Of a stretch of 53,070 nucleotides of DNA, positions 37,270 to 47,584 are shown one piece after another. The notes under the pieces were generated by a model that saw only the letters and a program-made list of their open reading frames with translations, did not search any database and was not told where the DNA came from. Numbering within the stretch: the first letter of the stretch is position 1; the number at the start of each line of letters is the position of its first letter. Source of the DNA: Planctomycetota bacterium (lineage in GTDB: Bacteria > Planctomycetota > GCA-002687715 > DRQF01); assembly GCA_036479435.1 (NCBI GenBank), contig JAZGFI010000174.1, positions 1 through 53,070 of the forward strand, written 5' to 3'. The translations under genes and the position numbers were made by a program.

Positions 37270-40257
37270 TTAGAAGCAGACCTCCAAGGCGTTCGAGGAG
37301 TAATACCCGTTCGGAGCCGAGGCGTTCAAGCCGATGACCTGGAGGATGCAGCAAGCGCCCTCAAGACCCGCGGGAGCCGTGGTTGGGATGCAGATGCCCC
37401 CGGGCGGGATGTTCGGGAATCCGTAGGGAACCTGAATGTCCGTTCGGTTCGGGTTCACCCAGATTCCGGGGAATCCAAGCGGAGGCGCGATCGAGAAACC
37501 CGCCACGTTGCACTGCGTTACCAAAAAGACATCTTGGTTGGCGCAGACCCCGTTCGGCGCGTCGATCTTTAGAGAGACGGGATCGTTAGCTTCGAGGAAG
37601 AACACTGAAGGGTGTGAAATGAACCCTTCGCCATCGTCCAGGTCGTAGCTGAGACGCAAACAGTCTTCCCCGTCGCTGCCGGGGCGCTTTTTGAACAGAA
37701 AGGCCACGGCGTCGATGTCCGCGCCGGTGTTACCGGTGCTAGAAGTGTCGGGGGCCATACCGTCATCGGTGATTTCGATGGCGGAGAAGATCAGCTCACA
37801 AGGACCATAGCCCGGGATGAGTTCGTCGATGTCGATGGCGGAATCACCGAGGCAGAAGATGCCGACTTCGTAGCAACCGTTGGCATCGGCATCCGGGTAC
37901 AGCGCGGCGATGATGGTTTCGGTGGCGGCGTCGGCCGGACAAAGCGAGATGATGTAGCCCTCGTCGTCTCCGACTTCAAACACGATGACGTCCGGTTGAA
38001 GGTCGCCGCTATTGGTGTAATAGCTGCCAATGTCGAGGACGATCGTGGAGCCGTTTTCACCGAGGGTCAAGGGCACACCGTCGGCGGGACCGAAGATGTT
38101 GTTGCCGTTGGTATCGGCAATCGGACCGGTGCCAAATTCCTTGGTTCGCGTCCCGAAGGCGAAGAATGTCGCGTTGATGCCTGCGGACGAAATGTCATTT
38201 GATTGCGGGGCGACGCTGGCGAAGCCGACGGCATCGATCTCGGCGCTGCCGTTCGGCGCGCCGGGGACATCGCAAATCTGGATCGCGTCAAAGATCAACA
38301 GGCCGGCCGGTGCGCTGGGAATGATCGTGTCGAGGTCGATTTCGGTCTCGCCCTGGTACTCGCCGATCTCAAAGTAACCGTCGCCATCCGAATCCATGAG
38401 GCCGATGCTCTGAATGGCAAGGCTCGTCGTGATGTTAGCGGGGCGGATTGCAACGATGTAGTCGTCGACGTCCCCGAACTCGATAATCACGATGTCCGGT
38501 TGTGGAGTACCCGTGTTGCTAAAGGTCTGGCAGTTGCGGCGAACTTCAAGGCATCCGCCTTCGCCGAGTTCAACGAAATCGCCGTCGGGAAGTCCCAGGG
38601 AGGCGTTGGGGTCGTTGTCCGCGGGGGTTCCGTCCGGGTTGTAAGCCACGACTTCGTTGACCCAGGTAACGTCTTCGAGGTCGACCATCGAGACGACGCA
38701 AACGAAATGAGCCAACACGGTCGTAAAACAAGTTCCGGCCGCCGGGTTGAGGCCAGCGTCCATCAACAAGACCTCGCTGAAGAGCAGCTGGGCCACAATG
38801 AAGCCGGGAATACTGGTATCGATGTCGATGGCCTGATCTTGGATGAAGGGGCTCCCGGGAAGAAGGTAGAACTCTCCCACCATCGAAAAACCGGCGGCGG
38901 CCAAAGCCATCCCGGTCATTTCGTCCGCCGGCTTGAGGCCGACGAAGTAGGGAACCGAGTTCGTGACATCGATTTCGATGTCTGCCGCGGTGGTGCCTGA
39001 CGTCGAAATCGGGCCTTCGAACAAGACGGTAATCGAGCCCCCAACCCCAGGTGAGAAACAAGTACCGGGGATCGAGATCGTGAGGTCGTTCGGGTTGCCG
39101 ACTGGCGATGTGCTACCCGGTGTGACCGAAGCCACAGCGGTGGGGAATCCATCGCGGCAGGTGATGGGGTCGATGATCACCGGGTCGTTACCGTCGTTAT
39201 CATCCAAAGCTGGGCAGGCCGGGAACAGGCTGTTGATCGTGACGATCTCGGCGCCGTTGGGGAGGCCCTGGTTGTCATCGAGAATCATCAGATTATCGAA
39301 TCGCAAGCTGCCGAGCGCATTGCCCGGGATGAACAGGTCGAGGTCGATACCCGCCGTGCCACAGAAAGTGAAGCCGAGATCAAAGAACCCAGCGAAACTG
39401 GTGAGGCCTGCGGCGGTCAGGGCGTCGGCCGTGTCTTGATCGGCCGGGGAGACCAGGACGAAGAAACAGTCGCTTAGGCCGAACTCTTGAATCGTGAACT
39501 CGGGGGCATTGGTGCCGCTGTTTGAGTAGTTGTTGGGAAAGGAAACGACCAGCATGCCGCCATCGCCGAGCTGATAGAAGTCATCCGGCGTATCGCCAAG
39601 CGCGGAGGTCGGCGACGAGTTGTCGTGATTCCCGCCGATGACGACGTCGACCAAGGTGTCAGCGAACTCAGGCGGGCAAACCTGGGGCGTCGAGTTTCCG
39701 GAGTCGCCGCAGATGAATTCGGCGCGCACGCAGGCGATTTCGGCGCCGTTGGGGGCCCCATTGGCATCCAGAATCATGATGCGATTGAAATGCAGATCGT
39801 CGAGGTTGAAGCCGGGGAAAAAGGCATCGAGGTCGAGATTCTGCGTACCGCAGATCGGTTGACCGAGCTCGATAAACGAGCCACCCGTGGAGCCGTCGCC
39901 GAATCCAGCCGCGTCAACCGCAGCAGCGGTAAAAGCATCGGCCGGATCGAGGCAAATGTAGTAGCAGTCCATGGCGCCCACTTCCGATATGTGAAGATCG
40001 GGCAGGGCATCGCCAGAAGTTGTGAAGACGTCGCTGAACTGCAGGACGATGCTGCCTTCGCGGCCCAAGTTCAAAAAGGTGTTCGGCGTGTTGCCAAGGA
40101 TGTTGGCGGGATCGCCAGGAGTCTGGTTTGTTCCTGGCATGAAACTCACGATGGTCGTCGCGTAGCCTGGGACACACTGTGGTGCCTGGGCGAAAGCAAG
40201 CCCGCTGCCGAGCGCGGCCAGAAAAAGAGCAGCCAGTGTTAATCGTAGTTGGTTCAT
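37270..40257 (-). CDS. Large secreted acidic protein with five internal repeats and the shared C-terminal domain
   Basis: Signal peptide ending AFA-Q. The unit LG..G.I...F...SG...PD..I.E.G..D.Y...PAD..T...IDLD...GAEI occurs 5 times. Confidence 0.88.
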   Translation of the reverse strand: MNQLRLTLAALFLAALGSGLAFAQAPQCVPGYATTIVSFMPGTNQTPGDPANILGNTPNTFLNLGREGSIVLQFSDVFTTSGDALPDLHISEVGAMDCYYICLDPADAFTAAAVDAAGFGDGSTGGSFIELGQPICGTQNLDLDAFFPGFNLDDLHFNRIMILDANGAPNGAEIACVRAEFICGDSGNSTPQVCPPEFADTLVDVVIGGNHDNSSPTSALGDTPDDFYQLGDGGMLVVSFPNNYSNSGTNAPEFTIQEFGLSDCFFVLVSPADQDTADALTAAGLTSFAGFFDLGFTFCGTAGIDLDLFIPGNALGSLRFDNLMILDDNQGLPNGAEIVTINSLFPACPALDDNDGNDPVIIDPITCRDGFPTAVASVTPGSTSPVGNPNDLTISIPGTCFSPGVGGSITVLFEGPISTSGTTAADIEIDVTNSVPYFVGLKPADEMTGMALAAAGFSMVGEFYLLPGSPFIQDQAIDIDTSIPGFIVAQLLFSEVLLMDAGLNPAAGTCFTTVLAHFVCVVSMVDLEDVTWVNEVVAYNPDGTPADNDPNASLGLPDGDFVELGEGGCLEVRRNCQTFSNTGTPQPDIVIIEFGDVDDYIVAIRPANITTSLAIQSIGLMDSDGDGYFEIGEYQGETEIDLDTIIPSAPAGLLIFDAIQICDVPGAPNGSAEIDAVGFASVAPQSNDISSAGINATFFAFGTRTKEFGTGPIADTNGNNIFGPADGVPLTLGENGSTIVLDIGSYYTNSGDLQPDVIVFEVGDDEGYIISLCPADAATETIIAALYPDADANGCYEVGIFCLGDSAIDIDELIPGYGPCELIFSAIEITDDGMAPDTSSTGNTGADIDAVAFLFKKRPGSDGEDCLRLSYDLDDGEGFISHPSVFFLEANDPVSLKIDAPNGVCANQDVFLVTQCNVAGFSIAPPLGFPGIWVNPNRTDIQVPYGFPNIPPGGICIPTTAPAGLEGACCILQVIGLNASAPNGYYSSNALEVCF

Positions 40258-40985
40258 TTTGTTCTCGCCGCGGAGTCAAACGCCGAACCTCGGGGCGCGT
40301 TGTCGACGCGGGCGATCGTTGACCGATCTATCTCGCGGACAGGCACTTGTGGGTATTAACCCGGGTTGTACGGCACATGACTAAAGTACGAGATGAACAG
40401 GCGATCCTTCAACAGCTGCTTCAAATACTCACTAGGGAGAATCCCGGGACTGAGGTTTCATCGCAACTTGCGTTGCTTCTTGTCTCTCGGTCCGGTTGTT
40501 TATCCAAGTTCCCGGCCTTGAAATCGCTTGGTCACGGCGGCGAAGCTGGCTCTGACTAGTGCATCGGGTGGCAGACCACCACAACATGACCGGGCAAGAC
40601 GTCGCTGGGCCGTTGATTGTTGTGATTTGGTAAACGTGCGGGAGAAGGCGATGTGAGGGGCGAGCCAAAAGGCCTGCGGAAGCAAGGGGCCATTGCTGGC
40701 TGCGTGGCCCCTGCGACCGTTCAAGCCCACCGTGTACGGCGTCGGTGGAAAAAAAAGGAAAAGCGCTCTCTGTCGTGGACGAAAAGCGCTTTTCAAAACA
40801 TGTCACGTTGACGCAGCATCGAGCGCGTCGGCATTCCGATCACGTTCCAGCTCACGACTAACGCAACAACAACATCGCTCAAAAGTATGCGAATTTGCGG
40901 ATTTGTGCAAATTGCGCGAGCGGCCCTCAAAGTGGATACCCTATCCGCCTCTGGAGAACGGTCTTAGGCCAGGCAAGAGGGTGGA

Positions 40986-42689
40986 ATGCGAGCCGCAAAC
41001 GACAACCCGAATCAGGGGTGGGCGCTGTTGGGGCTCTTGTTCCTGTGGTCGCTGACGACTTTTGTGGGGCTTGGGGCTCGCGAGCTGTGGAATCCTGTGG
41101 AGCCGCGCTACGCCGGTTTGGTGGTGGAACAAAGCGACCACGGACTGACGAGTTTGCTGCGCGAGTCGGGCCGTCCCTATGACCAAAAGCCGCCTCTTTT
41201 GATGTGGGCCGCGGCGGCACTCGGCGCGAATGCGTCCCAGCCTTTCGGCCGACTGCTACTTCGCCTTCCCTCCGCGATCGGATCGTTGATAGCGGCTTTG
41301 ATGCTCTACGCCCTGGGGGCACGGCTTTTCGGCGCGCGGGCTGCCTTTTTCGGCGCTTCGCTGTGGCTGACCTCATGGTTGCCCTTTTGGTCGAGCCGAT
41401 TTCTCCATCTTGATACCGCGATGACGGCCGCCAGTACCGCGATGGCGCTGGCCGTGTGGGCGCGCCTCGACGCGCGTGGCGCGTCGCGTTGGGCTTGGTT
41501 GATCGTCGGCAGCGCCGCCGCCGCCATCGCTATCATGATCAAGGGGCCGCTGATACCACTTAGCGTGGCCTGTATTCCCTTGGGAGTGGCGGGGCTACGC
41601 CGCGATGTCCGTGTCATTGGGCGTTCGGGTATCTTCGTGATGTTGTTGGCTGGTTTTTGTCTCGCGGGGATCTGGTTTCATCGCGCCTGGGCTGAAGCTG
41701 GTGATGCCTGGGCGCATGAGATTCTCGTTCGGCAGGGCTTGTTGCGGCTAACCGACTCCTCTTACGACGCGAAGCACGGCGCGTTCTATTATTTCGTGAC
41801 GCTCATTTCGATGACGGCTCCTTGGAGTCTCATGGTGGTCATGATGCTCTTGCCTTGGACCTGGCGCCGAGCGAAGTCCTCGCCACCCGCGGATCGTGAG
41901 GCGCTCGCGGTGTTGGCACTATGGGGTGCCGCGATTTTCGGATTTTTGTTGCTGGGGGCCAGTCGGCGTAGCCGTTATCTGCTGCCGTTTTTTCCGCCGA
42001 TGTGTTTGGCGCTGGCTTGGTTTTTAGATCGTGAAGTCTGGCGAATCGAAAGCCGGTCGCGGCGCGGACTCATCTGCTTGGCGGCTACATCGCTGGTGAT
42101 GATCCTCGCCGCCCTCGTCCTCGCTGTCACCGGTTTCGAGCCGCGAGTGAGCTATTGGTTTACCGACTCGCCCGCGGCCCGATCCGTCTTTGATCAACTC
42201 GCGGTGGCAAAGGGCCTATTGGGCTATTCGCAACTGATGTTCCTGCTGGCGATAGTCCTGTCCTATCTTTTGTTCCGGCGGCGCTGGCGGGCCCTGTTGA
42301 TTGCCACCATTTTCACCGTCTCGGCGGTTTGGATGTCGTGGGGGATCTGGGGGGCGCCCGCCGTCGACCAGTACCGCGGCGACCGCAAACTCCTTGAATT
42401 GCTGCAGCCTGCGCTCGATGAAGGCAGAGAACTCGTCGTTGTGTCTCGCCACGGTAATCGAGAATCGACGCCGGGCTGGTTTCGCTGGTACACCGGCCAA
42501 TGGCCCCTGATTGCGCCCGAAGGCGAACCGATCGCGGCTTGGGCTCAGGGCAAGGCTCAGGGCAGAATCGTGGTCTTGATCGCGATTCGAGATGAGAAGC
42601 GCTACCAGGCGTCCGATTTTGTCAATTTGAGGCCCTTGGTCGAAGGCCGCTGGGGGCATGCTCGCTACCGTATCCTCGTGAATCCCTAG
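40986..42689 (+). CDS. ArnT-like GT-C glycosyltransferase (PMT/GT83-like)
   Basis: EPRYA, YDQKPPL, LRLPSA, IKGP, HGAFYY and RYLLP motifs with many TM helices. Confidence 0.87.
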   Translation: MRAANDNPNQGWALLGLLFLWSLTTFVGLGARELWNPVEPRYAGLVVEQSDHGLTSLLRESGRPYDQKPPLLMWAAAALGANASQPFGRLLLRLPSAIGSLIAALMLYALGARLFGARAAFFGASLWLTSWLPFWSSRFLHLDTAMTAASTAMALAVWARLDARGASRWAWLIVGSAAAAIAIMIKGPLIPLSVACIPLGVAGLRRDVRVIGRSGIFVMLLAGFCLAGIWFHRAWAEAGDAWAHEILVRQGLLRLTDSSYDAKHGAFYYFVTLISMTAPWSLMVVMMLLPWTWRRAKSSPPADREALAVLALWGAAIFGFLLLGASRRSRYLLPFFPPMCLALAWFLDREVWRIESRSRRGLICLAATSLVMILAALVLAVTGFEPRVSYWFTDSPAARSVFDQLAVAKGLLGYSQLMFLLAIVLSYLLFRRRWRALLIATIFTVSAVWMSWGIWGAPAVDQYRGDRKLLELLQPALDEGRELVVVSRHGNRESTPGWFRWYTGQWPLIAPEGEPIAAWAQGKAQGRIVVLIAIRDEKRYQASDFVNLRPLVEGRWGHARYRILVNP

Positions 42690-42744
42690 TTTTTCTCGGA
42701 GCGATCCCCCTTCGCAGCCGCACACCAGCTGGCTAAGTTGGGAG

Positions 42745-43179
42745 ATGAGCGAATCGAAAGAAAAGCTGCCCCGCAGCCCCTGGAACCTTCTGTTTTGGGT
42801 GGTGGTGACGATCGGGGGCTTTTTTGCCTTGCTGGGGCCTTGCCTTTACTTTCGAGGTTTCACGGAAAGCGACCCCGAGTACCGGCTGGTACAGACTCGC
42901 GAGGCCCCCGATGAGCGTTTTCTCGCGGACGCTCTTCATTATCGGGGACCGGGCAAAGAAGCGAAAGAGGCGATCATCGTGGAGCTTCGGGCTGCGGAGA
43001 CTGAGTTGCGCGGCGGGCGCCGCGTCTTCGTTGCGGATCCGGACTTGTTCGTCGACCATCATTGGCTCAACGCGCGCACCCTTGTCGTGGAGTACCGCGT
43101 GTCCTCCGATGGGCGCAAGCCAGATCGAATGCTACATCAGGCAATGAGTATCGAGCTTCGCTATGACCTAAAGCGCTGA
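42745..43179 (+). CDS. Hypothetical membrane-anchored protein
   Basis: GGGAG just before the ATG, an N-terminal TM helix and a small soluble domain. Confidence 0.65.
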   Translation: MSESKEKLPRSPWNLLFWVVVTIGGFFALLGPCLYFRGFTESDPEYRLVQTREAPDERFLADALHYRGPGKEAKEAIIVELRAAETELRGGRRVFVADPDLFVDHHWLNARTLVVEYRVSSDGRKPDRMLHQAMSIELRYDLKR

Positions 43180-43280
43180 ATCCCCTCCGCATCGCAACCA
43201 GCGATCCAAGGCCTCGAAGTTTTCGGGCCTCGTTAAAAATGGGATGAATTCTCCCGCGTTTTCAGTTGAAACAGGACACC

Positions 43281-44942
43281 ATGCACTCGCAGCCCCCAAA
43301 ACGTCCGAATCAAGCGGATTGCATCGCCCAAGCCCTGGCTGGCGCCGGTGTCAGCTTGGCTTTTGGCGTTCCTGGCGGCGAAGTCTTGACTTTGATTGAA
43401 GCTTTAGGCGCCGCGGGAATTCGCTTTGTGACATCTCGGCACGAAAACGCTGGAGGCTTCATGGCCGAAGGCGTCTTTCGCGTCGATGGCGCTCCGGCTG
43501 TACTGGTTGCCACTTTGGGCCCCGGCGTCGCCAATGCCGTCAACGTGGCGGCCCATGCGCTTCAAGACGCGGTGCCTCTCATCATCCTCGGTGGTGCTGT
43601 GGCTCGCGCGGAGCGACCGGCCTACTCGCACCAAGTCATTGACCATTTGGCTCTTTTTGCTTCCGTCACCAAAGCCTGTTTTGAATTGAATCCAGAAGAA
43701 CTCGGTGGCGATGACCTGATGGCCGAAGCCCTCAGCGTGGCGCAGTCTGATCCCCCGGGCTCGGTCTACATCGACTGTGCGGTCGACGCAGTTGAGAACG
43801 AGGCCGGTTCACTTTCGGGGTCCAAAACTTTGGCGTCGCAGGCCGAAGTAGGCGAGAGCCGTTCGCTCAGATCGGCCACCAAGTCGGCGGATTTGGAGTT
43901 GATCCGGCAGCGCCTGGAGAACGCCGAGCGTCCTTTAGTCCTCGCCGGACTTCATGCGATGCGACCAGGTGTTTCGCAGGCCTTGGCGAGTTTCGCGGAA
44001 GCGCAACACGCTTTTGTCATGACGAGCTATAAGGCGAAAGGGCTACTGAGCGAAGACCACGCCAACGCTTTGGGCGGGGTGGGGCTGTCGCCGCTCGCTG
44101 ACGCTTTAGTGCTTCCAATGTTGGCGGCTTCGGATTTCGTCTTGTTGCTGGGATACGACCCGATCGAAATGCGCGCCAACTGGACTCATGCACTCCCCCG
44201 AAATGAGAACTTGTTCGAACTCAGTGATGTCCCTGCGCGCCCGGGGCTGGCTTACCAGCCGGCGTTGAGAGTTTCGGATCCAGCAGCATCGCTTCAGTTC
44301 CTGGCGTCCTCCCCGGTGAAAAGCAGACGTTGGCCCCAAGGTGAGCCGATTGAGGCGCAATCCCAGCTGAAGGAGACTTTTCGGTCGCGCCAGGGCTGGG
44401 AGCCTCTGGCTCTTTTTGAGATGGCGCAATCCAAACTCCGCGATCGCGATTACATGCTGTGCGTCGACACCGGTGCCCATCGGATTCTGTTAGCCCAATC
44501 TTGGCGCCTTGCGCAACCCGGAAGACTGCTGCACTCCACTGGATTTTGCACCATGGCCTGCGCCCTGCCCTTGGCCATCGGCGCCAAGCTTCGCGCCCCC
44601 GAGCGAGATCTGGTCGTCGTGGTCGGTGATGGCGGATTGGACATGGGTTTAGGGGAACTGTGTACTCTCCGTGATCTCGGCCTTTCGATCGTGGTCATCG
44701 TCATCGACGACCAATCTTTGGCGCTCATCGACATGAAACAGAAAGATCGCGGGTTTGTGCGTTCCGGCGTAGATCTGGGGCCATGTGACTACGCCGGTGT
44801 TGCCACCGCTCTCGGGGGCCACGGCCAGTTAGTTGAAAACGCTGACGACTTTGCAGAGGCTTTTGATTCGGGACTCAAGCGAAGTGGATTCACCTTGATT
44901 CACGCGCCCTTCGCGAAAGGAATCTACGATGGCCGGTTCTGA
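43281..44942 (+). CDS. Thiamine pyrophosphate-dependent enzyme (acetolactate synthase-like superfamily)
   Basis: FGVPGG, RHE, TLGPG, DTGAH and GDGG...VIDD TPP motif. Confidence 0.9.
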   Translation: MHSQPPKRPNQADCIAQALAGAGVSLAFGVPGGEVLTLIEALGAAGIRFVTSRHENAGGFMAEGVFRVDGAPAVLVATLGPGVANAVNVAAHALQDAVPLIILGGAVARAERPAYSHQVIDHLALFASVTKACFELNPEELGGDDLMAEALSVAQSDPPGSVYIDCAVDAVENEAGSLSGSKTLASQAEVGESRSLRSATKSADLELIRQRLENAERPLVLAGLHAMRPGVSQALASFAEAQHAFVMTSYKAKGLLSEDHANALGGVGLSPLADALVLPMLAASDFVLLLGYDPIEMRANWTHALPRNENLFELSDVPARPGLAYQPALRVSDPAASLQFLASSPVKSRRWPQGEPIEAQSQLKETFRSRQGWEPLALFEMAQSKLRDRDYMLCVDTGAHRILLAQSWRLAQPGRLLHSTGFCTMACALPLAIGAKLRAPERDLVVVVGDGGLDMGLGELCTLRDLGLSIVVIVIDDQSLALIDMKQKDRGFVRSGVDLGPCDYAGVATALGGHGQLVENADDFAEAFDSGLKRSGFTLIHAPFAKGIYDGRF

Positions 44943-46308
44943 TCCCAATGCACAGGCGCCCGAGCCCAACTTGGCCCGCTGCCGAGTTTTCGCGGGTTCT
45001 CTCCACGCTGGCGTGGATGCCACGGTCATCGCGTTTGGGCGTGCCGTGGAATCGTTGATGGGGCACCGCGCGGATGCCGGCGACCATCTCGAAGCCGCGC
45101 TGGCGGCCGACCCGAACTTGGTGGCGGCGCACCTACTTCGGGGCTTCGCACTTCGGACTTTAGGTCGTCGTGATTTGATGCCGGGGATTCGAGCTGCCCT
45201 GGCGGCCGCAGAGTCGTCGATGAAAGAATGCGGAGTTGGCGCCCGCGAGCAGGCACTCTTTGATGCCTTGAAGTCATGGTCTGGGGGCTGCGGCCCTAAA
45301 GCTGCTGACATCTTGGACCGTCGCCTCGCCGATGAACCCTGCGATTTGCTGTTGATCAAGTTAGCCCACGCGATCCGATTCATGCTCGGCGATTGTGCCG
45401 GCATGTTGGAGAGTCTCGCGAAGGTCGTTCCCGCCTTCTCCGAAGGAGATGACGGCCTTGGTTTTGTGCTCGGGTGTCGCGCCTTCGCTTTGGAAGAAGT
45501 CGGTGAATTCGAAGCGGCGGAAGCGACGGCGCGCCACGGTCTCGATTTAGAGCCGCGCGACGCCTGGGGTCTTCACGCTTTGGTCCATGTCCACTTCGAA
45601 CGCGGTGAGGCCGCCGCCGGGTTGAGTTCCCTGGCGGCGAACGAATCACGGTTTGAAGGGCTCAACAACTTTGCCGGCCACTTGGCCTGGCACGAGGCTC
45701 TTTTTCAGGTCGAACAGAGTCGCCCCGCCTTTGCTCTCGACCTTTACGACCGCCGCATTGCGATCTACCCGCCGCGTGACTACCGCGATTTCAGCAATGC
45801 GAGCTCCTTGTTGATATTGTTGGAAGGGCGCGGCCTGGATTTAGTGGCGCGGTGGAAGGCACTGGCGACCATCGCGCGCGAGAGGTTCCACGACCACGGC
45901 AGCGCATTCGCCGACTTACATTACGTTCTCGCTCTGGCTGCGAGCGGGCGCCGCGAAGAGGCTTCCCGATTTGTCGCCGCGATGCGACGTACCTCGCTTG
46001 CACGCGCCGAGCGGGCCAAAGATCGCGGCAGAGATCATCACGACGCGAGAGTCAGTCTTGAGGTCGGTATTCCCGTCAGCGAAGCTATCGTCGAAGCGTG
46101 TCTTGGCCGTCGAGATCGAGCGCGCGCCCAGCTCGGAGCGTTCGCCGGGTCGACGCGCCGCTTGGGCGGCAGTCGCGCCCAGCGCCGAGTCTTGGATTGG
46201 GTGATGCAAGATCCCGAGGCACGCTCGGCGCAAAAGCCAAACCGGCCGGGCCCAGACCCAGATTGTGTGGCCAATGCAGGCTCTGCATCCCAGGGCTCTC
46301 AAGAGTGA
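44929..46308 (+). CDS. TTC38-like tetratricopeptide repeat protein
   Basis: AFALEE, DAWGLHALVHV, NNFAGHLAWH, HGSAFADLHY and GGSRAQR. Confidence 0.82.
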   Translation: MAGSDPNAQAPEPNLARCRVFAGSLHAGVDATVIAFGRAVESLMGHRADAGDHLEAALAADPNLVAAHLLRGFALRTLGRRDLMPGIRAALAAAESSMKECGVGAREQALFDALKSWSGGCGPKAADILDRRLADEPCDLLLIKLAHAIRFMLGDCAGMLESLAKVVPAFSEGDDGLGFVLGCRAFALEEVGEFEAAEATARHGLDLEPRDAWGLHALVHVHFERGEAAAGLSSLAANESRFEGLNNFAGHLAWHEALFQVEQSRPAFALDLYDRRIAIYPPRDYRDFSNASSLLILLEGRGLDLVARWKALATIARERFHDHGSAFADLHYVLALAASGRREEASRFVAAMRRTSLARAERAKDRGRDHHDARVSLEVGIPVSEAIVEACLGRRDRARAQLGAFAGSTRRLGGSRAQRRVLDWVMQDPEARSAQKPNRPGPDPDCVANAGSASQGSQE

Positions 46309-46351
46309 TCTCGACCCAGATAGTAATCTCAGCTGAGCCCAGACGCCTTTG

Positions 46352-47452
46352 ATGGCCTCAAATTCTCCCAAAGCGTCAAAGAAGATGTCCGCTCCCCGCG
46401 TGTGGTTTGTCGACATTCTGCGGCTGATCGCCTCCTTTCAGATGATCAACGGTCACACGCTTGACGCGGTGTTGGTGACGAGTATTCGCCAGGGCGTTTT
46501 CTACGAGCGCTACCTTTGGACTCGAGGCCTGGTTTCGGTCTCGTTTTTGGCCGTGGCGGGCATCGCCTTTCATCTGAGCACGCTCGCTCGCTTTGAGAAG
46601 CACAAGTCGAACCCGGTCGCGGTCAAGAGGCGATTTCGGCGTGCCCTCATCATTGTCTTGGTCGGGTATGCCCTGAGTTTCCCCTTCGGTGCCTTCAAGT
46701 CCGATCCGGAGCTTCAGCGCCTCGCCTGGTTCTACTTTCGCAGCGTGGGTGTCCTTCAGTGCATTGGGACGTCTTTGATCATGCTGGAGATGATCACGCT
46801 ACTGGCGAAGACGAAGCAACAGGTCGTGGTGGCCTCCGCGATTCTCGCGGCGGTCTTTTTCGCTCTGGCTCCTGCGGGCGATGGGCTTGTTCGCGACGGG
46901 CAGCCCCAGGCTCTATTGAATTGGCTGTCGCACCAGGGAGGATCTCAGTTCCCGCTCCTGCCTTGGTCTGGCTTCGTCTTTGCCGGTTTAGTGGTGGGCG
47001 CCATTGCCATGCCCGACGCGGGCCGCACCCCCTTTTTCGTGGTTTTGGGCCGTCTACTTGGGATTACGGCGGTGTGCGCCGTCTCCTGGCAGCTCGCGGA
47101 GGCCGTTTCCTTCGGATTCTTCGACGCGGCCATCCACCACGCCTCGAGTGCTCCCGCCAAAAGCCTTGAGAAGCTGACCGCGGTTTTCGCCCTAATTTTC
47201 GTCCTTGCGGTTTTGAGCCGCCCGATACGAACTCTCCCGGCGGTTCTGAGAGCCCTCTCATCGGAAACCCTGACGATTTTTGCTGTTCACCTGATGGTCC
47301 TTTTTTACCCCGGAATCGCGATTGCGCGCCGTTTCGACCATCGCTTGCCGCTGTCCTGGGCGCTTTTGGTGTCGGCGGGAATGGTGATTTTCACCTGCGG
47401 CTACGCCTACGCATGGCATCGTTGGAAGACGCGAGGCCAAAGACGTCACTAA
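46352..47452 (+). CDS. DUF1624 / HGSNAT-like membrane acyltransferase-family protein
   Basis: VDILRLIA..MINGH, FLAVAG, VLQCIG and FPLLPW with multiple TM helices. The start may be 46385. Confidence 0.75.
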   Translation: MASNSPKASKKMSAPRVWFVDILRLIASFQMINGHTLDAVLVTSIRQGVFYERYLWTRGLVSVSFLAVAGIAFHLSTLARFEKHKSNPVAVKRRFRRALIIVLVGYALSFPFGAFKSDPELQRLAWFYFRSVGVLQCIGTSLIMLEMITLLAKTKQQVVVASAILAAVFFALAPAGDGLVRDGQPQALLNWLSHQGGSQFPLLPWSGFVFAGLVVGAIAMPDAGRTPFFVVLGRLLGITAVCAVSWQLAEAVSFGFFDAAIHHASSAPAKSLEKLTAVFALIFVLAVLSRPIRTLPAVLRALSSETLTIFAVHLMVLFYPGIAIARRFDHRLPLSWALLVSAGMVIFTCGYAYAWHRWKTRGQRRH

Positions 47453-47584
47453 GGACTTAAGGGAAGACCAGATCAACTTCGATGATGGTTTGAAGGGACG
47501 CCCTTCAGCACTACAATCCCGAGGTCGAACCGCACTGGTGCGAGACGACTATGACCGCCGGTTCAGCACTTTTGGCAGGACCCC

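Noticed and set aside
42542..42565. Short tandem GGCTCAGGGCA(A/G) repeat in the GT-C gene
   Set aside because: In-frame 12-nt duplication (AQGK/AQGR) with no sign of phase variation.
47491..47507. TGAAGGG-acg-CCCTTCA palindrome upstream of sucA
   Set aside because: Single short hairpin, too little to call an operator or leader RNA.
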